Source: Flavobacteriales bacterium
GTDB lineage: Bacteria; Bacteroidota; Bacteroidia; Flavobacteriales; Flavobacteriaceae
Direction: 5' to 3'
NCBI GenBank assembly: GCA_038259585.1
Contig: JBBSOQ010000010.1
Location: 30,678-94,677 of the forward strand
Length of the DNA: 64,000 nucleotides
Shown here: positions 19,148 through 28,778 of the stretch, piece by piece
Layout of the letters: each line of letters opens with the position of its first letter
How positions within the stretch are numbered: the first letter of the stretch is position 1
Notes under the pieces: model-generated
What the model was told of the DNA's origin: nothing
Database searches by the model: none
What the model saw: the letters and a program-made list of their open reading frames with translations, nothing else
Translations under genes and position numbers: made by a program

Positions 19148-19993
19148 CTAATTTTTAAAAGCTCTAATCATCTCGAGAGGCGTCTTATGGGGGCGGCTCG
19201 CAGCTTTTTCATAATCGGAACTGACATTGTTGGCTCCCATATTAATTCCTTCGTAAATACCTGCAATTACAGTTCCCATAAAATCACCTAATTCTTTTTT
19301 ACGCTCTTTGGCATAATCTTCAATAGAAACCGAGTTATACTCAAGCTTCGTATTATAAATTTGATTTATATAATCGGCAAGTTGGGTTTGGGTTATAGGT
19401 TCGCCAACAAGATTATAAATACGGCCATTGTGTTTTTCTTCAGTAGCCATTTTCGCATACGCAAATCCTAATTCTCCCCTACTCGTATAAGTACATTTGC
19501 CCTCGCCTGCACAATTTCTAATTTCACCATCTTTTACATAGGTAGCTATATACTCTAAATCTGGTTCAATGTAAATTCCGTTTCTGCCAATTGCCCAATC
19601 AAGCCCTGCGTTTTGAACATCCTTTTCTGTTTGTCGGTTAGATTGTACAATGGGACTAAAGGCATTATTTTCTTCATCGCCAACAATACTGGTATAGACA
19701 ATCTTTTGTACACCATTTTGTTTTGCAGCTTCAATGACATTTCGGTGCTGTTGGATTCTTTTTTGGGGTTCGTCCATTCCAGAAAGTAATACAACCGTAT
19801 CAATACCCACTAAGGCCTCATCAAATTCTTGGCGATTTTTATAATCTCCTTTTCTAATTTCGATGCCCAAATGGTTTGCTTTTTCTGGGGTACGTGCTAT
19901 TCCAACAACATTTTCTTTTCCAATTTCTAATATCAGTTGTTTTACGATTGCGGATCCTAATTGTCCATTTGCGGATGTTACTGCTATTTTCAT
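19148..19993 (-). CDS. NmrA-like/atypical SDR NAD(P)H oxidoreductase (YtfG/QorB-like)
   Basis: VTSANGQLG Rossmann motif, IVYTS, LTGP-like LVGEP. Confidence 0.85.
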   Translation of the reverse strand: MKIAVTSANGQLGSAIVKQLILEIGKENVVGIARTPEKANHLGIEIRKGDYKNRQEFDEALVGIDTVVLLSGMDEPQKRIQQHRNVIEAAKQNGVQKIVYTSIVGDEENNAFSPIVQSNRQTEKDVQNAGLDWAIGRNGIYIEPDLEYIATYVKDGEIRNCAGEGKCTYTSRGELGFAYAKMATEEKHNGRIYNLVGEPITQTQLADYINQIYNTKLEYNSVSIEDYAKERKKELGDFMGTVIAGIYEGINMGANNVSSDYEKAASRPHKTPLEMIRAFKN

Positions 19994-20005
19994 AATTTTA
20001 ATTGT

Positions 20006-20860
20006 TTATTCTTTTATTTGATTGATAAGCTGAATTATATATGGAATGACAAGCTGAGTATCTTTATAAGAAATCTCGTGCCCTTTTTCTGGAATTGAAA
20101 TCAGTTCAATATTCTGAAAATTCGTTTTACTGAAATATATATTGTTGTAAGGCACAATATTGTCGTTTTCACCGTGAATATGCGTTATAGGAATAGTTAA
20201 GTTTTTCCAATCTTTTTCTAGCAATACAAGTTCCTTTGCGTGCACTGTTTTTTCATCACCTGCAACACGATAAGCTGTGGGAACCAACCATCTCGTTAAT
20301 TTCCATTGTGTAAACCTAGCTGCCCGAAAGTCTTTTTCAATAGTTGGGTCTATGGCTGGAGAAATCATCATTACAGCTTTTACATTTTTATTTAATAAAC
20401 CAACTCTAGCAGCAATTGGTCCTCCATACGAGGAACCAATTACAATCACATTTTCTAATTTTTTAGCCTCAATTATATCACTCATTATATGAGCCTGCCC
20501 ATCTATAGCGGGCATCTGTTTCCCAAAATTTGAATAGCCATAACCAGGTCTGTCTATTGCATACATATTTGTAGCTGCAACGAGAGTAGAATCTGTTAGG
20601 TACCCTTCCCAAGTAGAAAGTGAACTTGGCGCCCCGTGAATAAAAAATAGATTCACATTTTTATCTTCAGAATGAATTGCTTGAATTCGAATTTTTAAAT
20701 TAAGGCTATCTACATCAAAATATGAGATGTCGCTTTCAATTTCTAAATCTTTAAATTTTTGTTGAATTTCTCGGTCTGTCTTTCGCCATTGCAGAACCGT
20801 ACAGGAAGTACTGCTTAAATAAATAAGTATGAGTATTAATAGAAAAAAGAAATTCTTCAT
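20006..20860 (-). CDS. Alpha/beta hydrolase, probable lipoprotein
   Basis: FIHGAP, DRPGYG, GSSYGG nucleophile elbow, HGENDNIVP, GHE; start ATG 20860. Confidence 0.85.
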   Translation of the reverse strand: MKNFFFLLILILIYLSSTSCTVLQWRKTDREIQQKFKDLEIESDISYFDVDSLNLKIRIQAIHSEDKNVNLFFIHGAPSSLSTWEGYLTDSTLVAATNMYAIDRPGYGYSNFGKQMPAIDGQAHIMSDIIEAKKLENVIVIGSSYGGPIAARVGLLNKNVKAVMMISPAIDPTIEKDFRAARFTQWKLTRWLVPTAYRVAGDEKTVHAKELVLLEKDWKNLTIPITHIHGENDNIVPYNNIYFSKTNFQNIELISIPEKGHEISYKDTQLVIPYIIQLINQIKE

Positions 20861-20977
20861 ACACAAAGTGCTATAATTTTTTGAGGATTCCCTGCGTAAG
20901 CCATAGTATAAATGGAAATGGCATTTTGCTTGTTTTGTTTTAGATTCATAATTATATATTTTATAAGTCAGATCTTT

Positions 20978-21985
20978 TTAAAACCCTTCCAAAACAATCT
21001 TTCCCTTTGCTTTTCCTGTTTCTAGAAATGCATGTGCTTTACGCAGGTTTTCAGCATTTATAGTCCCGAAGTTTTCACCTAAAGTTGTTTTAATTGTGCC
21101 GTTATCAATTAAAGCAGCTACTTTATTTAAAATGTTGTGTTGCTCAATCATATCTTCTGTTTGAAACATAGATCTTGTAAACATAAACTCTATATGCGTT
21201 GACACTGCTTTTGCTTTAAATGGCATTACGTTTAATGTTTTTGGATCGTCAATAAAGCCAAATTTTCCTTGTGGTTTAATCAACTTCGCAATTTCATCTA
21301 CATGTTGTTCCGTACCATTTAAGCTCACTACATATTCTGGTGCAGCTAACTTATATTTCACGAACTCCTCACTCAATTTATTTCTGTGATTGATTACTGT
21401 ATCTGCTCCTAATTCTTTTAACCATGCTGTGGTTTCTTCGCGAGAAGCAGTAGCTATTATATTCAATTTGGTTAATTTTTTAGCCAATTGCACCATAATA
21501 GAACCTACGCCTCCAGCAGCACCAATAACTAATATGGATTTGCTAGCATCGTCTTTAGAAACCTGTAATCTATCAAATAACATTTCATAAGCTGTAAGTG
21601 ATGTTAAAGGTAATGCAGCAGCTTCAGCATACGATAAACTTGACGGTTTTTTACCTACAATACGCTCGTCTACAATTTGGTATTGCGCATAACTCCCTTG
21701 TCGTGTAAAATCGCCAGCATACCAAACTTCATCGCCAACCTTAAAAAGGCTTACCTCTGCCCCCACTTCTTTTACTATTCCGGTAGCATCCCAACCAATA
21801 ACTTTCCAATCGTCACCTTCTACTGGCATTCCTGCACGTATTTTGTAATCTGCTGGGTTTACAGAAATGGCTTTTATCTCAACCAAAATATCTCTTCCTG
21901 TTGCTTTTGGGGTTTGTATTTGTATGTCTTGTAAGGAATTTACATCTTCTATTGGAAGATTCTCTTTATATCCTATTGCTTTCAT
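20978..21985 (-). CDS. Zinc-binding ADH family / quinone oxidoreductase (MDR)
   Basis: SVNPADYK, GAAGGVG, GKIVLEGF motifs. Confidence 0.9.
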   Translation of the reverse strand: MKAIGYKENLPIEDVNSLQDIQIQTPKATGRDILVEIKAISVNPADYKIRAGMPVEGDDWKVIGWDATGIVKEVGAEVSLFKVGDEVWYAGDFTRQGSYAQYQIVDERIVGKKPSSLSYAEAAALPLTSLTAYEMLFDRLQVSKDDASKSILVIGAAGGVGSIMVQLAKKLTKLNIIATASREETTAWLKELGADTVINHRNKLSEEFVKYKLAAPEYVVSLNGTEQHVDEIAKLIKPQGKFGFIDDPKTLNVMPFKAKAVSTHIEFMFTRSMFQTEDMIEQHNILNKVAALIDNGTIKTTLGENFGTINAENLRKAHAFLETGKAKGKIVLEGF

Positions 21986-22038
21986 ATTATTTAGTATGTT
22001 CTTGGTATTTAATTATTTCTTTTCACTTTAAAAAATTA

Positions 22039-22212
22039 ATACTATCAAAAGTATAGGGACAAAAGTATAGCTAGTATTACGTTCTCACAAGAACGGTCAA
22101 AAAGGATAGTACTGTATTTTTGTACTATTATTTTTCAAAGCATTAACTATTAGCGATTTATAAAAAAATAAATATACTATAAAAAGTATAGTTGTATACT
22201 TAAAGATAGTAT
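22039..22212. promoter_or_regulatory. Putative HxlR-family operators TACT-N6/7-AGTA (three copies)
   Basis: Sites at 22040-22053, 22175-22188, 22197-22211, overlapping or adjacent to the divergent -7 boxes. Confidence 0.5.
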
Positions 22213-22243
22213 TGTAATTTTGTCAGAACTAAAAGAAATCTAT

Positions 22244-22612
22244 ATGGAAGTAGCACATAAAAAGCGACTTATAAAATATAACGAAAAACTGTTTTCGTGT
22301 ACTACAAGCGTTGCAATGGAATTGATTGGCGGTAAATGGAAAAGTGTAATTTTAATCTATTTGGTAAATGGCAAAAAACGGTATAATGAACTCTATAAAC
22401 TTATAGCTACTATCACGGAACGCACTTTGAGTTTGCAATTAAAACAATTGGAGCAAGACGGATTAATAACTCGAAAAGTTTACACCAAAAAACCCCCATT
22501 AAAGGTTGAATATGCATTAACTCCTTTTGGTGAAAGCCTTACACCTGTATTACTATCCATTGCGGAATGGGGAAAGATTGTTGCTGAAGAAAAAGGCGAA
22601 ATTATAGAATAA
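22244..22612 (+). CDS. HxlR-family winged-helix regulator
   Basis: C...MELIGGKWK, TLSLQLKQLE, PLKVEYALT; ATG 22244 lies after the TAATTTTG box at 22215-22222. Confidence 0.9.
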   Translation: MEVAHKKRLIKYNEKLFSCTTSVAMELIGGKWKSVILIYLVNGKKRYNELYKLIATITERTLSLQLKQLEQDGLITRKVYTKKPPLKVEYALTPFGESLTPVLLSIAEWGKIVAEEKGEIIE

Positions 22613-22761
22613 TTTATTAGTTCACTTCCACGCCTAGCTAATTAAAAGCGTTCTTTTCTGTAAAAATACCTAGTGCCCAATAAGTGTACTACATTGCGCA
22701 GTTAATTATTTAATTTAGAGGTTTCCCAACTTCGTTGGTGGCTCACTGTATGACGTTGCTT

Positions 22762-22832
22762 GTCAGGTAGAGCAGCCCATCCTGAGTGTAGCACTGTGCT
22801 GAGCCTGCCGAAGTATCTAAGGGCAGTCGAAA
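22762..22832. repeat. Nested (three-layer) REP-like element
   Basis: GTCAGGTAGAGC[...]GCAGTCGAAA encloses two further CTGAG...AAG units. Confidence 0.5.
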
Positions 22833-23066
22833 CGTCCATTGATAGTGTACGTATCTATGTTTATCGAGAGTATTGTGTTTATCCTCTTCCTAGTTACGGC
22901 TCATACCATAACGATAGGTATTTGCAGAATCGAAGTCAAGAAACTTTCGTAACATACTATGAAGTTGCGCGAGAAGAAGTGCAAGTAGAACACGAGCGAG
23001 ACGCCCCCGCCAGAGGGGGAAGTACTAGCTACAATTCTTAAAACTGAACCTTTAAAAACAATCACA

Positions 23067-23120
23067 TTTCGATTTCGTTTTCAATTTCGATTTCGTTTTC
23101 AATTTCGATTTCGTTTTCGT
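23067..23120. repeat. TTTCGA/TTTCGT/TTTCAA hexamer array (9 units, 18-nt higher-order period)
   Basis: Directly read; immediately downstream of the adaptor stop codon. Confidence 0.9.
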
Positions 23121-23125
23121 TTGCA

Positions 23126-24292
23126 TCAATGATCATGCCCACCGGCAGAATCTTCATTTAATAATACAAAAGCCCCTTTGGTTAAAAAGGTACTTTCAGG
23201 TTTAAATGCCTCAGATGTTTCAATAGCTGTGAAGCCGTTATAATTCGCTCCAATTTTTACTTCTACGGGGAGAATTTCAAATTCTTCATCGTTTTCGCTT
23301 TCAATTAATAAAACATAATTTTTACCATCCATTTCCACTATTGCATTTTCAGGAAGTGCCAATTGATCTGAAGTACCCGTAACAATCTGTGCTTGCACAA
23401 ACATTCCTGCGGTGAAGTTTTGCTCATCCCTTTCATCTATATGCCCGTGAACCATTGCAATTCTTGTATTTGGATCTATAGAAGTGCCTACTAAATGTAC
23501 TTCGCCCTTAAAGGTTTCTTTTGAAGCTTCAGGAACCGTAAAAAGTATTTCTTGTTCTTTCTTTAGCTGCAATAAATCCTTTTCAAAAACCTTTAATTCT
23601 AAATGAATATGGTCTGTGTTCATAATTTCCATAATCTTATCTGCAGGCGAAACGTAAGTGCCCGTATTTACATACACTTGGGTTACGTTACCATCAATGG
23701 GACTGTAAATATTTACTGCTGAAACAATGTTTCCCGCTTGAACCGAAACAGGATTTATATTAAGCATTTCGAGGTTTTTCTTCAAGCTGTTGTATCGTGC
23801 TAGATTCATTTTGTATTCGCTTTCGGCTTTTAAATAACTTTTTTGGGAAGTTATTTTTTCATCAAACATAATTTTCTGGCGGTCATACTCAGATTTTAAA
23901 TAGGAAAGCTGTTCGGCGGTTTCTAAATAATTCTGCTGCATCGTAATAAACTCAGGATTTTCAATAGTTACCAAACGCTGCCCTTTGGAAACTTTATTAC
24001 CTACCAATAAGGGTGTGTTTTTTATATAACCTCCCGAAAAAGCACTTACTACCGCCCTACTCTGTGGCGGCACGTCAATCATTCCACTAGTTTGGACTGT
24101 TTGGGCAAAAGGTTTTTGGGTGAGTTCTCCTATTTCCATCCTTGCATTTTCAAACTGCGCTTTTGAAAGGTGAATTATTTCTGAATTGTTTTCTTCCGAA
24201 GCCACTTCAAGAGTAGCTTCTTTTGTTTTTGAATTATTGCAAGCTGCCAAAAATAAAATGGAAAGCAACAAAAGTGATTTTATATATTTCAT
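23126..24292 (-). CDS. Heavy-metal RND adaptor (CzcB/CusB-like) lipoprotein
   Basis: Lipobox LAAC, IYSPIDG, C-terminal GGHDH. Confidence 0.9.
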   Translation of the reverse strand: MKYIKSLLLLSILFLAACNNSKTKEATLEVASEENNSEIIHLSKAQFENARMEIGELTQKPFAQTVQTSGMIDVPPQSRAVVSAFSGGYIKNTPLLVGNKVSKGQRLVTIENPEFITMQQNYLETAEQLSYLKSEYDRQKIMFDEKITSQKSYLKAESEYKMNLARYNSLKKNLEMLNINPVSVQAGNIVSAVNIYSPIDGNVTQVYVNTGTYVSPADKIMEIMNTDHIHLELKVFEKDLLQLKKEQEILFTVPEASKETFKGEVHLVGTSIDPNTRIAMVHGHIDERDEQNFTAGMFVQAQIVTGTSDQLALPENAIVEMDGKNYVLLIESENDEEFEILPVEVKIGANYNGFTAIETSEAFKPESTFLTKGAFVLLNEDSAGGHDH

Positions 24293-24302
24293 AATGTATG
24301 AT

Positions 24303-27300
24303 TTAAAGCGTTAAAAAGTTGATAGCGATAACCGCTTGATTGTAATTATTTAGGTTTTCTAGATGCTGTAGTTCAATTTCATAAGCGTTTTCAAGACTTT
24401 GGATGTATTGAAAAAAGTCTATTTCGCCATTCTTAAAACTTCCGTTTGCAGTTTTTAAGATTTCTTCGGAAAGTGATTTCCCTTCCGTTTCATAATATTG
24501 CAGCGCTTCTTCATATTTTGAAACTTCGTTGAGCAATTGCACTTTTCTGGAATCTAAATGAATTTTATAATCTTCAGCTTGCTGTTGGCTAACATTTGCG
24601 GCAATTTTAGAGGCCTTTATTTTTGAAGCATTGCCGCTGAAAAGCAACGGAATTTTTAAACCCACTTGATAGGCATACAGATTTTGACTCAAACCTGAAT
24701 TGCTTCCCAAAGAATACGAAAGACTTATATCTGGCAGCAAATGTTGCTTTTCAAGATTTTGCTTTGCTTCAAAAAAATCATTTCTATTATTATAATATTC
24801 TATCGCTGGATGTGCTTCCATTCCCGGCAGCGAAAGTTGTAGTTTCTCCAAAGGCTGTTCAGAAATCACCAAACTATCCTTGGATTGCACAGCTGCTTTC
24901 AAGCGCTCTAGTGCAATATTTACATCTTCTTTGCTTTGTTTATAATCAGTTTCCAACTGACGTTGCTTGGCGCGAGCGGTTATTTTTTCTAGATAATTGG
25001 TTTCTCCAAGATCAAAACGACGTTGGGCGGCGTACGCAAAATTTTGATACAGACTATCCAAACTTTCGTAAACGCGTTCCCTGTTTTTCTCAAATTGAAA
25101 CTGATAATATGCTGCCGCAACCAAGCCTTCCGTTTTGCGTTTTTGAAGCTCGTATTGACTGCTTTGCATTTCAAACTGGCGCTGATTTACCTTTTTTTCA
25201 GCAAAATAAACTGTCGGGAAAAGAAAACCTTGCTGTACTCCAAAAACTTCGAGAGGTTCGTTGTTTGGTGCTAAGTTATTCTCGTCAAACTCATAAAAGA
25301 CAGTAGTTTTATCGAAGTTGAAAGCACTACCAATTAAAGCATTTGCTTCTTCTTTTTGAAGCGATGTTGCTTTTAAGCCTGCGTTATTTTCTAAAGCCAT
25401 TGTTTTTAAATCCTCTAAAGTTTTAGAGTTTTCCTGTGCTATTCCTGTAACTCCAAGTAACAATATGATGATGGTTAATGGCAAAGCCTTCTTCTTAGAT
25501 TTTCGAAGTTTTATTTTCTTTTTATCTGAATCAAAAATTGAAAATAGAACAGGTAAAACAACCAAGGTTAAAATCGTAGCCGTTACCAAACCACCAATAA
25601 CAACAGTTGCTAAAGGTCGTTGAACCTCAGCCCCAGCTCCAGTTGAGATTGCCATTGGTAAAAAGCCAAGTGCGGCGGCGGCGGCGGTAAGCAAAACAGC
25701 TCGCAAACGGTTTTTTGCACCCTTCACAATAAGTTCCTTTTTATCTGTCATTCCTTCTTTTTTAAGTTCTTTAAAATGTTCTATTAAAACAATTCCGTTT
25801 AGTACTGCAATCCCAAAAAGGGCAATAAATCCAACGCCAGCCGAAATGCTAAAAGGCATATCGCGCAGCCATAACAATAACACGCCACCCACTGCCGCCA
25901 ATGGAATTGCTGAATAAATCATAAGCGCCTCTTTCACGGAATTGAAAGCGAAATACAGCAAGAAGAAAATTAACACCAAGGCTACAGGAACGGCAAACAA
26001 CAACCTACTTTTTGCGCTTTGAAGGTTTTCAAACTGACCGCCATAATCAATTGTATAACTTACGGGAAGTTGAATATTCTCGTCTATTAATTTTTGAACA
26101 TCGTCCACAACGCTTTGCAGATCGCGACTTCTCACGTTTATTCCCACTACAATTCGGCGTTTGGTGTCATCTCTCGATATTTTCGCTGCGCCTTTTGTAT
26201 ATTTTATTTCAGCGAGTTCGCGTAACGGAACTTTTTCGCCAGATGGGGTGTCAACATAAAGGTTTTGTAGGTTTGAAAGATCGCGACGGTTGTTTTCATC
26301 CAAACGAACAACAAGGTCAAAACGTTTTTCTCCTTCAAAAATACTTCCCAAAGATTTACCTGCAAAACCCATTGCTATCATTTCATTCAAATCTTGAATA
26401 TTGAGTCCGTAGCGGGCAATTTTAGCTCGGTCAAACTTCACATTCATCTCTGGTAGCCCTACTACTTTTTCCACAGTAATATCATCGGCTCCTTCCACAT
26501 TTTCTACAAGGCTCTTTATTTCGTTTGCTTTTTTGTTTAGTATTTCAAGATCTTCCCCAAATATTTTGATAGCAATATCTGCCCGTACACCCGTTATAAG
26601 CTCGTTGAAGCGCATTTCAATAGGTTGGGTAAATTCTACTTCCATTCCTGGAATTATAGCCAAAGCTTCTTTGAATTTGTCGGCCAATTCATTTTTGTTC
26701 TTGGCAGAAACCCATTCGCTCTTTGGTTTAAGGGTAATTATAACATCACTTTCTTCCATAGACATAGGGTCTGTAGGCACTTCGGCAGCACCAATACGGC
26801 TTACTACTTGATCTACTTCAGGAAAGTTTTCTATCAGAATTTTTTCAATATGCGTAGTAATATCGATCGTATTGCTGAGGGAAGTACCTGTTTTCAGAAC
26901 TGGTTGAATTACAAAATCGCCCTCGTCCAATGTTGGAACAAACTCGCCACCCATAGTTGAAAAAAGATAAATTGTTGAAACTAGAATTAATACCGCAACA
27001 CCCAACACCACCCTTTTTGCGCTTAATGCCCAGCGAATTGTTGGTTCGTAAAAACGATTTAGGAAAGCCATAATTCTAACAGAAATATTCTTTTCTGAAG
27101 TTTCCGTTGGTTTTAAAAATAAGGAGGCGGCAACTGGAACGTATGTAAAACAAAGCACCATTGCCCCAATAAGTGCAAAACTGAATGTAAGCGCCATAGG
27201 CTTAAACATTTTTCCCTCTACCCCGCTAAGTGATAGAATTGGGATGAAAACAATTAAAATTATAAGCTGTCCAAAAATGGCAGAATTCATCATTTTTGAA

Positions 27301-28637
27301 GAACTCTTTACTGTAAGATTGTCTTTTGCCAATTGTTTTTCTTCAGAAGAAAGTGAGTTTAGTTTTATAGCATTCTTACTAATTTGAAATGCTACAAACT
27401 CAACAATAATTACCGCACCGTCAATAATAATTCCGAAGTCAATCGCACCAAGACTCATTAAATTTGCATCTACTCCGAAAATGTACATTAACGAAAGCGT
27501 GAAAAGTAGCGACAACGGAATTACGGATGCAACCACCAGCCCCGAACGAAGATTTCCTAGCAAAAGCACCACTACAAAAATCACTATGAGAACTCCAAGA
27601 ATTAGGTTTTCAGCAATAGTGAAAGTGGTTTTGCCTATAAGCACGCTGCGGTCCAAAACGGGGTTTATGTAAACTCCTTCGGGAAGTGATTCTGAAATAT
27701 TAGCTACACGTTCCTTAACAGCTTCAATCACTTGGTTTGAATTGCCGTCCTTGAGCATCATTACCTGTCCGAGTATTTTTTCTCCTTGTCCGTTTCCAGT
27801 AATAGCACCAAATCGTGGAGCGCTCCCGAATTGGACTTTCGCAATATCCTTCACATAAATAGGAAAGCCATTCTCGCTTTTCACAACGATATTTCCAATA
27901 TCTTTCAAGGAAGAAGCCAAACCTTCCCCGCGAATAAAATAAGCTTGATTTTCCCTTTCAATATACCCACCGCCAGAAACGCTATTGTTTTTCTCCAAAG
28001 CGGTAAATACCTCTTGGGCAGTAATATTCATAGCGTTTAGCTTGTTGGTATTAATGGCAACCTCATATTGTTTTAGTCTTCCACCCCAAGTGTTAACTTC
28101 AACTACGCCTGGAATTCCGGAGAGTTGTCGTTTTACTATCCAATCTTGAATAGTGCGAAGTTCTGTAATTGAATATTTATCCTCATATCCAGGTTTTACG
28201 TCTAAGATATATTGATAGATTTCGCCCAGACCTGTGGTTATTGGGCCCATTTGTGGCGTTCCAAAACCTTCAGGAATATTTTCAGAAGCTGATTGTATTT
28301 TTTCTGCAATGAGTTGTCTTGGTAAATAAGCACCCATATTTTCTTCAAATACGATGGTAACCACCGAAAGTCCAAATTTTGAAACGGAACGAATTTCCAT
28401 TACCCCAGGCAAATTGGCCATTTCCAGCTCCACTGGATAGGTTATAAATTGCTCCATATCCTGTGTGGAAAGGTTGCGAGAAGTGGTGATTACCTGAACT
28501 TGATTGTTTGTAACATCGGGCACGGCACCAATGGAAAGCTGTGTGAGCGAATACACACCAAAGCCTATAAGCACCAGCGTGAACAAACCTATGATTAGTT
28601 TATTCTTTATACTGAATTGAATTATTTTTGAGAGCAT
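24303..28637 (-). CDS. czcA: CzcA/CusA heavy-metal efflux RND with fused C-terminal TolC-like domain
   Basis: GAVPDVTNNQVQV, SLGAIDFGIIIDGAVII, FVPTLDEGD; about 400-aa OEP extension. Confidence 0.88.
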   Translation of the reverse strand: MLSKIIQFSIKNKLIIGLFTLVLIGFGVYSLTQLSIGAVPDVTNNQVQVITTSRNLSTQDMEQFITYPVELEMANLPGVMEIRSVSKFGLSVVTIVFEENMGAYLPRQLIAEKIQSASENIPEGFGTPQMGPITTGLGEIYQYILDVKPGYEDKYSITELRTIQDWIVKRQLSGIPGVVEVNTWGGRLKQYEVAINTNKLNAMNITAQEVFTALEKNNSVSGGGYIERENQAYFIRGEGLASSLKDIGNIVVKSENGFPIYVKDIAKVQFGSAPRFGAITGNGQGEKILGQVMMLKDGNSNQVIEAVKERVANISESLPEGVYINPVLDRSVLIGKTTFTIAENLILGVLIVIFVVVLLLGNLRSGLVVASVIPLSLLFTLSLMYIFGVDANLMSLGAIDFGIIIDGAVIIVEFVAFQISKNAIKLNSLSSEEKQLAKDNLTVKSSSKMMNSAIFGQLIILIVFIPILSLSGVEGKMFKPMALTFSFALIGAMVLCFTYVPVAASLFLKPTETSEKNISVRIMAFLNRFYEPTIRWALSAKRVVLGVAVLILVSTIYLFSTMGGEFVPTLDEGDFVIQPVLKTGTSLSNTIDITTHIEKILIENFPEVDQVVSRIGAAEVPTDPMSMEESDVIITLKPKSEWVSAKNKNELADKFKEALAIIPGMEVEFTQPIEMRFNELITGVRADIAIKIFGEDLEILNKKANEIKSLVENVEGADDITVEKVVGLPEMNVKFDRAKIARYGLNIQDLNEMIAMGFAGKSLGSIFEGEKRFDLVVRLDENNRRDLSNLQNLYVDTPSGEKVPLRELAEIKYTKGAAKISRDDTKRRIVVGINVRSRDLQSVVDDVQKLIDENIQLPVSYTIDYGGQFENLQSAKSRLLFAVPVALVLIFFLLYFAFNSVKEALMIYSAIPLAAVGGVLLLWLRDMPFSISAGVGFIALFGIAVLNGIVLIEHFKELKKEGMTDKKELIVKGAKNRLRAVLLTAAAAALGFLPMAISTGAGAEVQRPLATVVIGGLVTATILTLVVLPVLFSIFDSDKKKIKLRKSKKKALPLTIIILLLGVTGIAQENSKTLEDLKTMALENNAGLKATSLQKEEANALIGSAFNFDKTTVFYEFDENNLAPNNEPLEVFGVQQGFLFPTVYFAEKKVNQRQFEMQSSQYELQKRKTEGLVAAAYYQFQFEKNRERVYESLDSLYQNFAYAAQRRFDLGETNYLEKITARAKQRQLETDYKQSKEDVNIALERLKAAVQSKDSLVISEQPLEKLQLSLPGMEAHPAIEYYNNRNDFFEAKQNLEKQHLLPDISLSYSLGSNSGLSQNLYAYQVGLKIPLLFSGNASKIKASKIAANVSQQQAEDYKIHLDSRKVQLLNEVSKYEEALQYYETEGKSLSEEILKTANGSFKNGEIDFFQYIQSLENAYEIELQHLENLNNYNQAVIAINFLTL

Positions 28638-28730
28638 AACTAATTATAATTTTATCTTTTTTCAACAGAAATTGCCGAAAAATGAAATATTAAAGATTGA
28701 TTTTAACCGCTTTGAAAAAGCGTTAGATAG

Positions 28731-28772
28731 TGACCTTATAAGAATTTGGAAATTTTTATTTCCAGAAGGTCA
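28731..28772 (-). other. Hairpin 6 nt downstream of the His-rich leader stop
   Basis: TGACCTT/AAGGTCA outer stem and TGGAAAT/ATTTCCA inner stem. Confidence 0.5.
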
Positions 28773-28778
28773 ATTTAG

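Noticed and set aside
22760-23041. 93-aa + strand ORF as a gene or GIY-YIG remnant
   Set aside because: TTG start inside REP-like repeats, no recognisable motif; most likely non-coding.
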